DNA from: Octopus sinensis
Lineage: Eukaryota
Length of the DNA: 64,000 nucleotides
NCBI RefSeq assembly: GCF_006345805.1
Contig: NC_043003.1
Coordinates: forward strand, 55,738,001-55,802,000
Reading direction: 5' to 3'
Notes under the pieces: generated by a model
Told to the model about the DNA's origin: nothing
Database searches by the model: none
Seen by the model: only the letters and a program-made list of their open reading frames with translations
Shown here: piece after piece, positions 1 to 12,263 of the stretch
How the letters are laid out: each line of letters begins with the position of its first letter
How positions within the stretch are numbered: position 1 is the first letter of the stretch
Made by a program: the position numbers and the translations under genes

Positions 1-1906
1 GGGTTCTCTTGTTTATATATTTTAAAAGCCACTAGAGGTATATTAGTGTCTACTAATTGAGCGGACCAACTCGTTTCGAATCACTTTATACAATACAGAG
101 ATGTTACAGTATATCTATTTATTAAAGGGACCTTAGAGACATTGTTCATGGCCATATTCATAATCCTAATCACATATTCATAAGCTCGTATTCAATCTCA
201 TTTTCATAGTCACAATCTCATATTCAACAGAATCTCATATCATCGCAATCTCATATTCATAATTAATCGGCATTATATCATTCACTTTTCACAATGTGAA
301 AAGCTAGCCCTTTGTTTTGGGCAATTTAACATAAGAAGGGAATTCTGGAATATCAGTACTAAATGAGCACAGCTTCGTCAAATCTGAGTGTCGTCTTTCT
401 AGGTTCGATACAGAAAACTATCTGCCAAGTACTGGGAGTTCATCAAATCGAGTATAACAGCTATTCAAATTTGAGACATTGTCCTTTTGTTAACAACTGA
501 CAAGAACTTTAAATGAAACATATTGTGACTGAATTGAAATATAATGAATAATCCTTTTACATTCTATTCAGAAATGTAAACCATTTGTAGTTCATTAAAA
601 AAAAACAGTAAAAACTGAGATGTACACATTTTACTGTTCATCTGTTGTAGTTATATATAAAGTACATCTCTGCATGACCAATGGTAGGCTAAAAAATATT
701 TCCAAATGTAACAGTCGACCATTTATTTTTTATCAGAGGCAACATAATCCATGTGACATACCATTTAATACAGTCGGTGATAGTTTGTTTTGGATGAACA
801 TCACTTAAATTTCTTTCGTGTAGGGAAATTCTGTAGAGTCTCCGTTATTTACTTATGTTTACCTGTCACGTTCCTCGGCATAAAAATAAGATTCGTTATA
901 TCGTATGAATTCAAATGGTTTTCGTGAAGATCCCTTTTATTTTTCTTTGCCACTGATGACAAAAAGTTTACGTTCGGCGAGTCGAAATTTTAACTACTTC
1001 ACTACTCTTACTATTGGTGTTTCATACATTAGTTTTTTTGAAAATGCTTACACAAACTTTTAAAATCAAATATTGCAACGAAAAGTTTTTTAACATACAT
1101 CACTTAAAAAGCGTGGTGTGTCACTGTGACATGCGAGACATAAGGTTGACAACAATGTTCTGAAGTATATCGTTTCAGGAATATTATAAGTTACAGATAA
1201 TATAATTTCTCTTCACAATAATGTGAGTCTGAAATCTGACAGCGATTAAAATAAAAACATGCCATTGAATCTGAAGCTTTGTAAATAGCATTTTCAAAGA
1301 TGAATACTATGCAGAATGCTTTATATAGTCTTGGCAGAGAAACGTAGTATATGGGCTGCTTAAACAAGACCACCTGGATCTTAGTTATATTGAGTTGGTT
1401 CTACGTTATTGCAAGCAATTGGATCAAGAATTAAGATGTATGAATACAATCCTTCATTGTTTCCAACATTATTAGAATGTAACTTGTCATTCGTACAGGT
1501 GTTTCTCTTCTGAGTAAATCTTTAGCATTCAAGTGTCTAAGTCGCGAACATATTAGCAGCATTAGGTGCAGAACAAAACGCAGAAATAGATTTGTTGGGC
1601 CGAGCAACAATTGGCTCTGCACGTAAGTCACACCTCACCACACTGCCAAGAGAAACACACATTCACACTCACACTCACTCGCCCGCATTGTAACACAAAG
1701 GCAAGCACACATATATAATGTATATAATCAAAAATGTTTGCATTTGGGTTCCTGCATTTTACAAGGATCACCTTTCCGAAAACTGAGTAAAGTTTGTTAA
1801 GTACAAATACCGACTTTTTTCTGAGTCCCTTTTCTACATAAATACACGCTCACATAGATACATACATACGTACATACATACATACATACATACATACATG
1901 CACATA

Positions 1907-1981
<75 letters not shown>

Positions 1982-2086
1982 TATGTATATATATGTATGT
2001 ATGTATATATATGTATGTATGTATATATATGTATGTATGTTATATATGTATGTATGTATATATATGTATGTATGTATATATATATG

Positions 2087-2163
<77 letters not shown>

Positions 2164-2168
<5 letters not shown>

Positions 2169-2683
2169 TGAATATAAAGGTAGCAAAAGATTCTAGAAAA
2201 AATTCTCCGCTACCAGCGGTCCAGTGACAAAGGAAGGATAGTCAAAGACTACATAATATACATTATGTAGCGGAGAATTTTTTCTAGAATTTTGGCTATC
2301 CTTATATTTATTAATTAATGATTTTTTGGCTAATTTTGAAATTAAATCAGCAGTTTATATTTACAGCTGAGAAGACCGCGCGATTGCGGTAGATTTTGAA
2401 AATTTATAGCATATGGACTTGAGACTTCCTTACCATCGTCTCGTGGATATATGTTCGTCCTTGGCTTCTCTGCTGAAGAGGCACGCCAGTTGTAAATAAA
2501 TTTAATTTAATTTAATTGATTTGTTTACTAAAGTTTGCCGAAACTATGCATAGTCCAGAGATGAAAGGGTAAACGTTTTTATTTCTCTTTCAATTTCAGA
2601 ATTACAACTATTAGCGGTTTGAGTTTGGCTGCTCTTTCTAGTGAGTCGAATGTCATATTATGGCCATTCCTTATATATTTGAA
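2164..2683. mobile_element. Hammerhead-bearing non-autonomous retroelement (about 468-bp family, copy 1): short inverted segment plus a direct segment, between (TA)n tracts; Penelope-pLTR/retrozyme-like
   Basis: Part of 2164-2251 is the reverse complement of the start of 2267-2683. Homologous to 26543-27238. Contains a hammerhead; (TA)n on both sides. Confidence 0.75.
2467..2561 (+). ncRNA. Type I hammerhead ribozyme (predicted cleavage after C2555)
   Basis: Stem I TCTCTG(2467-72)/CAGAGA(2556-61); core CTGAAGA 2473-79; stem II GGCA/TGCC with long AT-rich extension; GAAA 2540-43; stem III AC-TATGCATA-GT; GTC triplet. Confidence 0.88.
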
Positions 2684-2697
2684 TATATATATATTCT

Positions 2698-2729
<32 letters not shown>

Positions 2730-3388
2730 CATATACACATGTATGTGTGTGTGGTGGGGGTGCATTGCCTACAGGTAATTATTTTAGAGAAAATAGAAAA
2801 ATACGAACATTTAACTTTTAGCACGCTGCTTTTTTTTCTAGAATTATTTCCACTGCTACCACCCTGGTATTAAAAGGGAGAAAAGTCAGACAGTGGCATT
2901 GATGCACCTACAGTGTGCTAAAGGTTGAGGAAGGAACGATTCACATATTTATACTGACTAAAATTTATTTCAGAATTAATTTTCATTTATTACATCCATC
3001 TGATGTAATCGGTTCGATGAGTTTTTACCTGCGACTTCTATCGAAAGAAACTTTTCACTAAAACTATATCAAATAGTGAATACCTCTCACTACTAGTATG
3101 CGAGCACACGTTAAATATAAATGTAGACTTCTTTAGTTGGAGCCTCACTACTGCATTTCATGTTTTATAGTATAAAAGAACAAACGTCCACGCGTGCTTG
3201 TGAATATCGGAAGGGTTACGAGTCAGAAATATGCAGCAATAATATCTAGGCGCTCAGTCTGGTACTCCACCGACATAATTATGGGCTCCGCTGTTTTAAT
3301 CCTCGAAAGCATTTTGGGCTTATAGAATAAAGACACACACACAGACACACACACACACATACACACATATTCCTATGCATGTATCCAC

Positions 3389-3437
<49 letters not shown>

Positions 3438-3557
3438 ATATACATATATCTGTATGTATGAATGTATGTGCGTATACACATACAAACACATATTTACATC
3501 AGCTGACTGGTTGTGTGTATATAGATATATAAGTATGTTGAGTATGCTTGCATGTAT

Positions 3558-3640
<83 letters not shown>

Positions 3641-3774
3641 TTTACAAGATAAGGCAAAAGAAAAATTCTAATGCCAAATATGCCGAAAAAAAGACAAGAT
3701 TGTCAATAACCATTATAATTTATGCGTCTCGAAAGAAACCGATAGAAATTTCTAAATATATATAGAAATTTCTG

Positions 3775-3812
<38 letters not shown>

Positions 3813-3866
3813 TGATATATATATATATATATATATATAAAAGGGAGAAGAAGGAAAGATAGATTG

Positions 3867-3906
<40 letters not shown>

Positions 3907-4088
3907 AAAGGGCTTAGTAAAATAAATTACTTTGCCGCATACTGAACTCATTAGAAATAGCAGCTAAAAAAAACTTTTTTAAAACTATTTCTAATACTTA
4001 AGAAAACCTCTCTCATATAGTGTTTGCTCAATTCAACTCACGCAAATATGGGGGTGGAGACATTAAAAAATCAAGTGCAAAGGTTATT

Positions 4089-4138
4089 TGAGAACGTACG
4101 TTTCAAGATTAGTCAACACGACTTCTATCATCAGCTCA
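4089..4138 (-). ncRNA. Minimal type I hammerhead ribozyme (555-bp unit 1)
   Basis: Minus strand: TGAG-CTGATGA-TAGAAGTC GTGTT GACTAATCTT-GAAA-C GTAC G-TT-CTCA. Stem I 4 bp; stem II AGA/TCT plus AGTC/GACT with a U.U at the first pair; GUU triplet. Confidence 0.7.
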
Positions 4139-4643
4139 GAACTCCCTGGTTTGGATTTGAAAACACTGAAAGTGGGAGCATACCCTCTCGGCTTCCTCTC
4201 GCTTCCGAAGATCTGCTCGTAACTAACAGTGCCAACAAACTCAAAAATGCAAGCGAAGAATTTCTGCTCTCCCCTTTCACCAGCGTGGGTTAAAATCAGT
4301 AAACACTATGCTTTTTTCGGTAAAATCCGCGGCATTTATATAGAGAGAGATGAATTATAATTTCAACAATTGAGGGTAAAATTAATTAATTAATCAATTT
4401 CACCAAGTATTCAGTATGCAAAGGGACCATTTAAGGCGAATTCAAATTATTACATTATATAAAAGGGCTTAGTAAAATAAATTACTTTGCCGCATACTGA
4501 ACTCATTAGAAATAGCAGCTAAAAAAACTTTTTTAAAACTATTTCTAATACTTAAAGAAAACCTCTCTCATATAGTGTTTGCTCAATTCAACTCACGCAA
4601 ATATGGGGGTAGAGACATTAAAAAATCAAGTGCAAAGGTTATT

Positions 4644-4695
4644 TGAGAACGTACGTTTCAAGATTAGTCAACACGACACTTCTATCATCAGCTCA
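4644..4695 (-). ncRNA. Minimal type I hammerhead ribozyme (555-bp unit 2)
   Basis: Same motif as 4089-4138 with 2 extra nt in stem II; predicted cleavage sites are 555 nt apart. Confidence 0.7.
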
Positions 4696-6049
4696 GAACT
4701 CCCTGGTTTGGATTTGGAAAAGAAAACACTGAAAGTGGGAGCATACCCTCTCGGCTTCCTCTCGCTTCCGAAGATCTGCTCGTAACTAACAGTGCCAACA
4801 AACTCAAAAATGCAAGCGAAGATTTCTGCTCTCCCCTTTCCACCAGCGGGGGTTAAAATCAGTAAACACTATGCTTTTTCGGTAAAATCCGCGGCATTAT
4901 ATATAGAGAGAGATGAATTATAATTTCAACAATTGAGGGTAAAATTAATTAATTTATATATATTAATATATATATATATATATATAAATGTATGCGGATT
5001 GACATACACACACACACTTATACCCGAGCGTACTCGCTATCTCTCTCTCTCACACAGACATACACACACACAATTACAGGCACACTCAGATTGCAACTGA
5101 CAGCAGTTCGTCTCGATTTCTCAAAATCCAAACTTCTCTGTCCTACGCGTATTTGTTTATATATTCATACATGCCCTCATGCATAACTATATATGTGTGT
5201 ACGTGTGTGTATATGTATATCAACGTGTGTATTTGTATGTGTGTTTATACATACACGCACGGAAACACCACAAACACACACATATACACTTCTATATTAT
5301 TGAATGTATGTGTGTATAAATATATAAACATATATATGTGTGTGTGTGTATGTGTAAATTCTCATATATAGTAAATGTATAAATATATACATATACAGGC
5401 ATAATTTGTACATCTATATGTATGTATGAATACACATACACACACGTGTGTGTGTACTGTTCTGTGAGAGCGAATGATATAAATTTTTTTAAAAAATATG
5501 TTCTGGTAACTGAGAATGAAAAATTAATGACAAACGAAACCGATGGAATGGAAGGAAAGATTTTATCAACCATACGAGGATATTTTGATTCTGATATGAT
5601 ATGCCAAAGATAAAGATGGTAAGCTGAGATATTCGGAATACATGAACTCCAGGAATATGTTGCGTGGTGTGTATATTTAACATTACTATCGCATAAATGA
5701 TACACAAGAGAAAAAGAAAAACATTCCAGAACCTACTAGAGAAAGCAACCAAATCTCCCTCCAATAATGTGAAGGAACGACAGTGGATGAGATTGTCCTG
5801 GATACATTAATTTAGAAGTATACAGGTGGTCGTACATGAAATGCGTTAGAACGAATATAAAGGGTTCGATAAGACGAATATAATGGGTTGTGATAGGAGG
5901 AATGTTATGGGTTCTGGACTAAGCAGTGTCTCAAGGTTGGTGTAAACAAGTTTAGACTTACAAGGCAAGTCTAAGAGGCTACACAGTCGAGCGAAATGAT
6001 AGAAATAAAATTGAAATATATCTCAAATAATCTTGTCTTTGACAAAACA

Positions 6050-6630
6050 TTGGGTTGTCCGGAAAGTTCGTGCCTATTTTTAAAGGAAACAAAAAGGTCA
6101 ATAAATATTTGCCATTACACTTTTAATCAACCATTTTGATAAATATTTTTAATCAAATATTTTGTTACACAATGCATCTCCATCTTTCCCTTAACTTGAA
6201 AATACCCTCTTCCCAGAATTGCGGTGGTTTCATGGCAAAGAATTTATGAAGTTATCTTTTTACGTCACCCAAGTAATTGAAATTTTTACCATTAAAACTA
6301 TTCTGGAGAGACTTGAATAAGTGGAAATCTGAAGGAGCAATGTCTGGTGAATATGGAGTGTGGGTTAACACATCCCAGCCGAGCTGCAGCAATTTTTGTC
6401 TGGTTCCCAAAGCATCGAGTGCCGAAAATGAACTTTATTATCTTCCATTTTAAATGGTTACAGAATTAACACAGATTAAAGGAACATAAACCTTCTTTCA
6501 CGACAAAATAGCTTAATCTGTGCTCTAAATAGAGGTGTAGTCAAATCCTATTTTATGGACTCAACCATGTTCTAAAATAAGTCGAAAGGTAATCTGTTAT
6601 AAATCGGTACCAACTTTCCAGACAACTCAA
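6050..6630 (-). mobile_element. Internally deleted mariner (Tc1/mariner) element
   Basis: About 30-bp imperfect TIRs (TTGGGTTGTCCGGAAAGTTCG.. / ..CCAACTTTCCAGACAACTCAA, TA on the right). Minus strand encodes TRQKLLQLGWDVLTHTPYSPDIAPSDFHLFKSLQN (YSPD motif, third catalytic D) with a stop codon downstream. Confidence 0.88.
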
Positions 6631-6951
6631 TATATTGAGTAAAGTTATCTTTGTACGAAAATTACTAGGCGATTATATTTTGAACGACGCCGTTCATATT
6701 TCTGACGCAGTCACAGCAAACTGAAAAAATAAAAAGCCTCTACAACAGCATTTCCTACTAGTAATATTTGATTCTGGTAGAAGTTGATTAGAGCATTGAA
6801 CGATGTAAATTTAGCTACACTCATTCGGGAGAAAAAGAAATTCAAGGTGGAATTTATTTTGCACCAGAATTAATATTATTTTTGCTGGACCATAATAACA
6901 AACGTATTGATTTCAAATTTACGCCCGACGCCAGAAGTTTTAGGAGAGAAG

Positions 6952-7567
6952 ATATTCTTTTCTACTCTAGGCACAATGCCTGAAATTTTTGGGGGAGGGA
7001 ACCAGTCGATTAGATGGACCTCGGTACAAAACTGGTACTTACTTTATCGACCCCGAATGGATGAATGGCAAAGTCGACCACGGCGGAATTTGAACCCAGA
7101 ACGTAAAGACAGACGAAATACTGCTAAGAAATTCGCCCGGTGTGCTAACGATTCTGCGAGCTCATTGTCTTCTGGAGAGAGGATATCCAGTAATATCGAC
7201 CTCAGGGCATGACTGGTACTTATTTCATCGACTCCGAAAGGATTACAAGCACAGTCGACGTCGGCAGAAATTGAACTCGAAACGTAAATAAGGACGAATG
7301 AGCGCTAAGCATCTTGCTAACGATTCTGTACGCTCATCGCCTTAACACTACATTAGTAATCTTTTCTGCCAAAGGCAGAAGGACTGAAATCTGGGAGAGA
7401 AGCTAGTGATTATATAGACCCCGTTACATAGTGGTACTCATTTTATCGACTCCGGAAGGATAAAACGCCAAATCGACATCGGCAGAATTTGAACTCAGAG
7501 GTAAGTCACAGGCGGATTTTCGCTATGAATTTGACTCGGCGTGTAACGATTCTGTCATCTTACAGGC
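6952..7567 (-). mobile_element. Three adjacent copies (one near-full, two partial) of a tRNA-related SINE family
   Basis: Repeated blocks ACTGGTACT..TTTATCGAC.CCGAA.GGAT...AAGTCGAC.TCGGC.GAATTTGAAC.CAGA at about 7030, 7210 and 7430; same family at 12921, 27910, 40935 and 44585. Confidence 0.8.
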
Positions 7568-7772
7568 TTAACAAAGGCAATAATAATAACAACAGCTTAC
7601 ATTCTTCCATCTTTTACTTGCTTCGTTCATTGGATTGAGGACACGCTGGAACACCGCTTGAATAGATTTCATCAAACAATTTGACACCGGTACGTTTCTA
7701 TTCTTTCTTCCTCCCTTTTTTTCTAAAGTTTGTTATTTATTCTATGAAACACTTGTGCCGAAGTCGTCTTTC

Positions 7773-7890
7773 CTTTTCATCCTTTCGGGGTCGATAAATC
7801 AAATACTAGTTGCTTACTGGGTACATCTAATCGACTGGATTCTTCCTCAAAATTTCGGGCCTTGTGCCTAGAGTAGAAAAGAATATCGTC
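7773..7890 (+). mobile_element. Partial SINE (3' half, same family as 27910-28147)
   Basis: TTTCATCCTTTCGGGGTCGATAAATCAAATACTAGTT...GGGCCTTGTGCCTAGAGTAGAAAAGAATAT. Confidence 0.7.
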
Positions 7891-8074
7891 TTTCATGAAA
7901 TTTCTGGCCACGTGCGTAAATTTGAAATCATTGCGTTCGGTATTATGGTCAGACACAAATAATATTAACTCTGTTGCAAAAATGTCCATCCTGACGGGTG
8001 AGACAAACACATACACAAAGAAACACACATATACATATATGCATAAGTACATGCACGCACACATACGATCATTC

Positions 8075-8359
8075 ATTAGCTGCCCAGCTAAAATTAACAT
8101 AAAGTGGAAGATCAGTGAAAAAAAGAACATCCATGCTGGACTATTGAGAAATCTATAGTTACTCTCTCCAGATTACAAGTTCAGATTCATACCTGTAATT
8201 ACTGGGGCCCTGGCATATGTAACACGCTGCCTAAATACCAATCTTGAGAAATTGGGCTGCTCAAAGCCAGGAAGGAGAAAGCTAATTTGAAGACTACAGA
8301 TCCAATCCATCACTGGAACTCTAAATATCAGTAATACTTTCCAGATGTTTATCATTTAA
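8075..8359 (+). pseudogene. 3' fragment of an RLE-type (R4/Dong-like) non-LTR retrotransposon
   Basis: Translates ISCPAKINIKWKISEKKNIHAGLLRNL*LLSPDYKFRFIPVITGALAYV...LQIQSITGTLNISNTF; matches the RLE C-terminus pattern (K..K.Y, IP.I.GALG, LQK..L.GT..I). A (TACA)n tract follows. Confidence 0.7.
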
Positions 8360-9230
8360 ATATATATGAGCATGTCTAGATATGCAGATCTATGTATGAG
8401 AATACATACATAATACATACAAAATTGCGCATACATACATACATACATTCAAACATACATATATACATACATACGAGCGTACATACATACATACATACAT
8501 ACATACATACATACATACATACATACATACATACATACAAAAATAACCCGTTGTTAATGTTGAAATTCCAATGAATGAACCTTGGAACTAGGATAAAAAC
8601 GGGTTCTTTCTCTATTGGCAAAAAAATCATGAAATTAACTAAATAATGGCATACATACATACAAACAATTAGTTATATTTCATGTCCCCAGACACTTTTC
8701 TCCTACCATTTACTCTCTCAAGGCGTAGGTCGACTTGCAGCTATGGAAGAAGACAATTGTACCAGGTGTCGCGTAGTAGTACTGAAGCTAAAAGCACTTA
8801 GATACAAAGTTAGGGTTAATATAGCCATGCTTACACCAAATATTTTTCGGTAAACAGTCTTAGAAGGCACTAAATTTAAGAAAACCTATTGCCGAAATTT
8901 AAGATTTGCAGAAAATAAATGGGTATCATTAGAGTAGAAGCCCAAAATAAGCCCCTTTTCTTTAAGTTGCCACAAGTACGAAGAGTATTTAATATTAGTC
9001 TTAGGCGCTTCTATTGATGCATTCTAATTTGCTCCTGTAATTCTCCGCGATGTGTTTTATCGTTTTCATATGCTCCTAAGTACATGTTATTTTAATTACC
9101 AAGTTTAATTAATTTGCTAATCTAATTCATCTAACCTAATTCTTATTTTCATATCTAGCTGGAATCATCATCATCATCACCACCATCATCACCATGTCGT
9201 CATCATCATCATCATCAACATCATCATTAT

Positions 9231-9580
9231 TGCCTTTGCACAGCTTCTAACACTGGAGGTGTACTCCGGTGTCAACTGTTCCCTACCAGTGAAGTAAGGT
9301 AACACCTCTTACTTTTCGAGGAATTTCCGGAGTATTCGCGCGGTTTCAAGCAGTGCTGCTTTCTGCAAGTGCTCAGGCCTTATTGTAGCCCTATTTGTTC
9401 CATGTACTTCTCGAGGCTTTTACTCACTAGTCCCAGGGCTCCGACAATTATTTGTACCCCCACTAAGTTTTCATCGACTATAACTGCTTTACCTCCCAAG
9501 CTAACCCGTCATACCTATCGACTTTTCTTTCTTCCTTATCACATATCTTTTTGTCAGCTGGGCATGCTATATCGATGACC
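9231..9580 (-). pseudogene. 5'-truncated 3' end of a second R4/Dong-like LINE family
   Basis: Minus strand: VIDIACPADKKICDKEERKVDRYDGLAWEVKQL*...VQIIVGALGLVSKSLEKYMEQIG/ATIRPEHLQKAALLETARILRKFLEK* (stop 9309-9311), then a short 3' UTR and a (TGA)n-like tract. Confidence 0.85.
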
Positions 9581-9608
9581 ATTATTATTATTATTATTAT
9601 TATTATTA

Positions 9609-11951
9609 CTTTTTTTTTTCTTCTTTCAAATTTTCTTCCATTTCTTGCCGAGTGTCTTCCCGACTCCTAGGGCAAAGAAACTCATAGTGTATATTGGTAG
9701 GCCATTAAACCAAACTCAGTAGTTCGTTCATTTTTTTTAATTTTTTTTTTTTAAAGTTAAATTAAAATACATGAGCAGCAACAGTTCTCACATCGACAAT
9801 GCTCCTCTCAATACGTGTGATGTACCAGTTAAGACAATCTTTTGCACTTCTTGCAGGGATGGTAAGCCAGGGATCATTCTCATATAATTTTCGGTTCCCT
9901 TCTTGATCATTCCTAGTGCTCCTACGATCACTGGTATTGTAACCGCCTTGAGATGCCACATTTTCTCAATTTCAATGAGTAGGTCTTTATATTTTCTGAG
10001 CTTGTCAAACTCTTTCGCTGAGATATTATGATCACAGGGGATGCTCATGTCGATCAATAAGCAAACTTTATTGTTTTGGTCTTTCACAACAATATCTGGT
10101 TTATTGGCCTTGATGGTTCGGTCTGTATGTACTGGAAAGTCCCACAGAATGGTTACATTTTCTCCTTCAGTTACAGACTCAGGGTGATGATTATACCACT
10201 TGTCGGCAGTTTTGATATTGTAATGCCGACTTATTAGCCAGTGGAGATATTGGCCAACTCTGTCATGTCTTAATTTATACTCCACTGGTGCTAAGACTTT
10301 ACATCCAGAGATTAGGTGGTCCACTGTTTCAATCATGTCGTTGCAGAATCGGCATTTTGGGTCTGCTCCATTTTTCATCACATTGGCCTGGTAGTTCCGG
10401 GTTAATAGGCTTTGGTCTTGAGCAGCCAGGATGAAACCTTCGCTCTCTGCTTTTAGCCCTGAGCTCCGCAGCCACTGATGGGTTTGCTTCTGGTCAACAT
10501 CAGCTTGTTTGCTGCGGGTCACATATTTGCCATGCAGAGGTTTCTCCTCCCACCTATCAGCCAATTGCTCGTGCGCTTTTTTCATTGCCATCATTTTCAC
10601 CTTCTTTGCAACAATAGTTGCCGTACTTCCCTCGGGTTGTTCAGTTTGGGTATCCTGCACGAGATCAATAGCAAATTTTTTGCTTTCCTTGATGATAGAA
10701 TGAAGCTTCTTTCGTCTCTCGTGATTTTCCACGAGCTTTAGCATCCAGTCATTCGATATTTCGAGATATTTGGCCAGTCCAATTGTGGTTGTTTTGTAAG
10801 CTAGTTCAAATTGGATCAGGCCTCGACCTCCATGGGCTCTGGGAAGGTAAAGGCGATCTACGTCTGCCTTTGGGTGGTGCATCCTATTACAACTCAGCAG
10901 CTTGCGTATTTTTCTATCTATATTCTTTACTTCACTCATATTCCAGTTCAACACATTGTAGCTATAAGTAACAACTGGAACTGCTAAGGAAGTTATAGCT
11001 AACACCTTGTTACGTGCATTTAGTTCAGATTTCAGGACTGCACGAACTCTCCTATAACATTCCTTCCTGATTTTCTCTTCATGCTTGCATGCTGAATACC
11101 AGAGCCTTCATTTATCCCTAAATATTTGTATGTCTGTTCTTGCTCAAGCTCTCTTATGACTGTGTCAACATCTAACACGACTGAATTTGTGGTCTTCACT
11201 TTCCCTTTCTGGAAAGTGGCCTTGGCACACTTCTCAAGTCCAAAGTCCATCCCGATGTCATCGCTGAATGCTTTCACGGTGCGCAATAGGCCTTCAAGTT
11301 CATTATTGTCTTTACCATAAAGTTTTAAGTCATCCATATAAAATAGATGGCTTATTTTTTTATTGGCAATTTTATACCCATACCCTGTTCTGTTTAATTC
11401 ACTTGTAAGGGGTATTAGGGCTATGCAGAATATTAAAGGTGAAAGTGAGTCACTTTGAAAAATTCCACAGTTGATGTTTATATTTTCTGAGGCAAGTACT
11501 CCATTAGAGTGGTATAATTGGAGATTCGTATTCCACAACGACATATTGTGCTTCAGGAAGTTTGAAATCACAGGGGAAATTTTAAAGATGTCCAGCGATC
11601 TCAAGATCCATGGATGCGGTATACTGTCGAAGGCCTTTTTATAGTCAATCCATGCGGTGCTGAGATTTCTGCGCTTGTTGTGACAGTTCTCAAGGATCAT
11701 ACGATTGATTAGCAGTTGGTCTTTGCATCCGTAAGAGCCTCGGCGGCACCCTTTTTGTTCAATGGGGAAAATATCGTTCTTCTCCATGAATGCATGTTTT
11801 CTCCGCCAGGATAGATGTTAGGATTTTATACGTGGTGGATATACAGGTTATAGGCCGATAGTTTTTTGGAAGGTTGGTTTCGTTATTCTTTGGGAGTAGG
11901 TAAGTAATGCCACTTGCTAACCATTCAGGTGTTTTCTTTGGGTCTCTCAAA
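9609..11951 (-). mobile_element. 5'-truncated R4/Dong-clade non-LTR retrotransposon (RT + CCHC zinc knuckle + restriction-like endonuclease), two frameshifts
   Basis: RT motifs NYRPITC, QKGCRRGS, WIDYKKAFDS, IFQSDSLSP, HLFYMDDLKLY, YKYLG; CRFC..ETVDHLISGC; NKPDIVV..LLIDMSIP..KEFDKLRKY. ORF pieces 11759-11951, 11032-11787 and 9788-11005; (ATT)n on both flanks. Confidence 0.95.
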
Positions 11952-12019
<68 letters not shown>

Positions 12020-12120
12020 CATCATCATCATCGTCATCATTACAATTAAAATACACACATACATATGTTTCTACATGCACACACAAACACATATAGGTAT
12101 GCATGTATACATATGTATAT

Positions 12121-12157
<37 letters not shown>

Positions 12158-12210
12158 TATATATATATATATATATATATAAAACGCATACACACACGCA
12201 CACACATACG

Positions 12211-12263
<53 letters not shown>

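Larger units (their letters stand above)
3901..4954 (-). mobile_element. Tandem 555-bp repeat (about 1.9 units), each unit with a minimal hammerhead; Penelope-pLTR/retrozyme-like
   Basis: Near-identical units start at 3901 and 4456; flanked by (TA)n. The two ORFs in the track (MLNSTHAN...) are by-products of the duplication. Confidence 0.8.

Noticed and set aside
170-262. Short AATCTCATATTCA repeats
   Set aside because: Small degenerate minisatellite at the window edge; no further structure supportable.
945-1000. CTGATGAC...GTCGAAA hammerhead-like words
   Set aside because: Stem II cannot close after CUGAUGA (C.C), and there is no stem III, NUH or stem I.
1500-1622. Possible exon ending at CAC/GTAAGT (open frame ..ANILAALGAEQNAEIDLLGRATIGSA)
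   Set aside because: Splice-like signals and a short open frame only; no recognisable homology and no partner exons. Needs RNA-seq or BLASTX.
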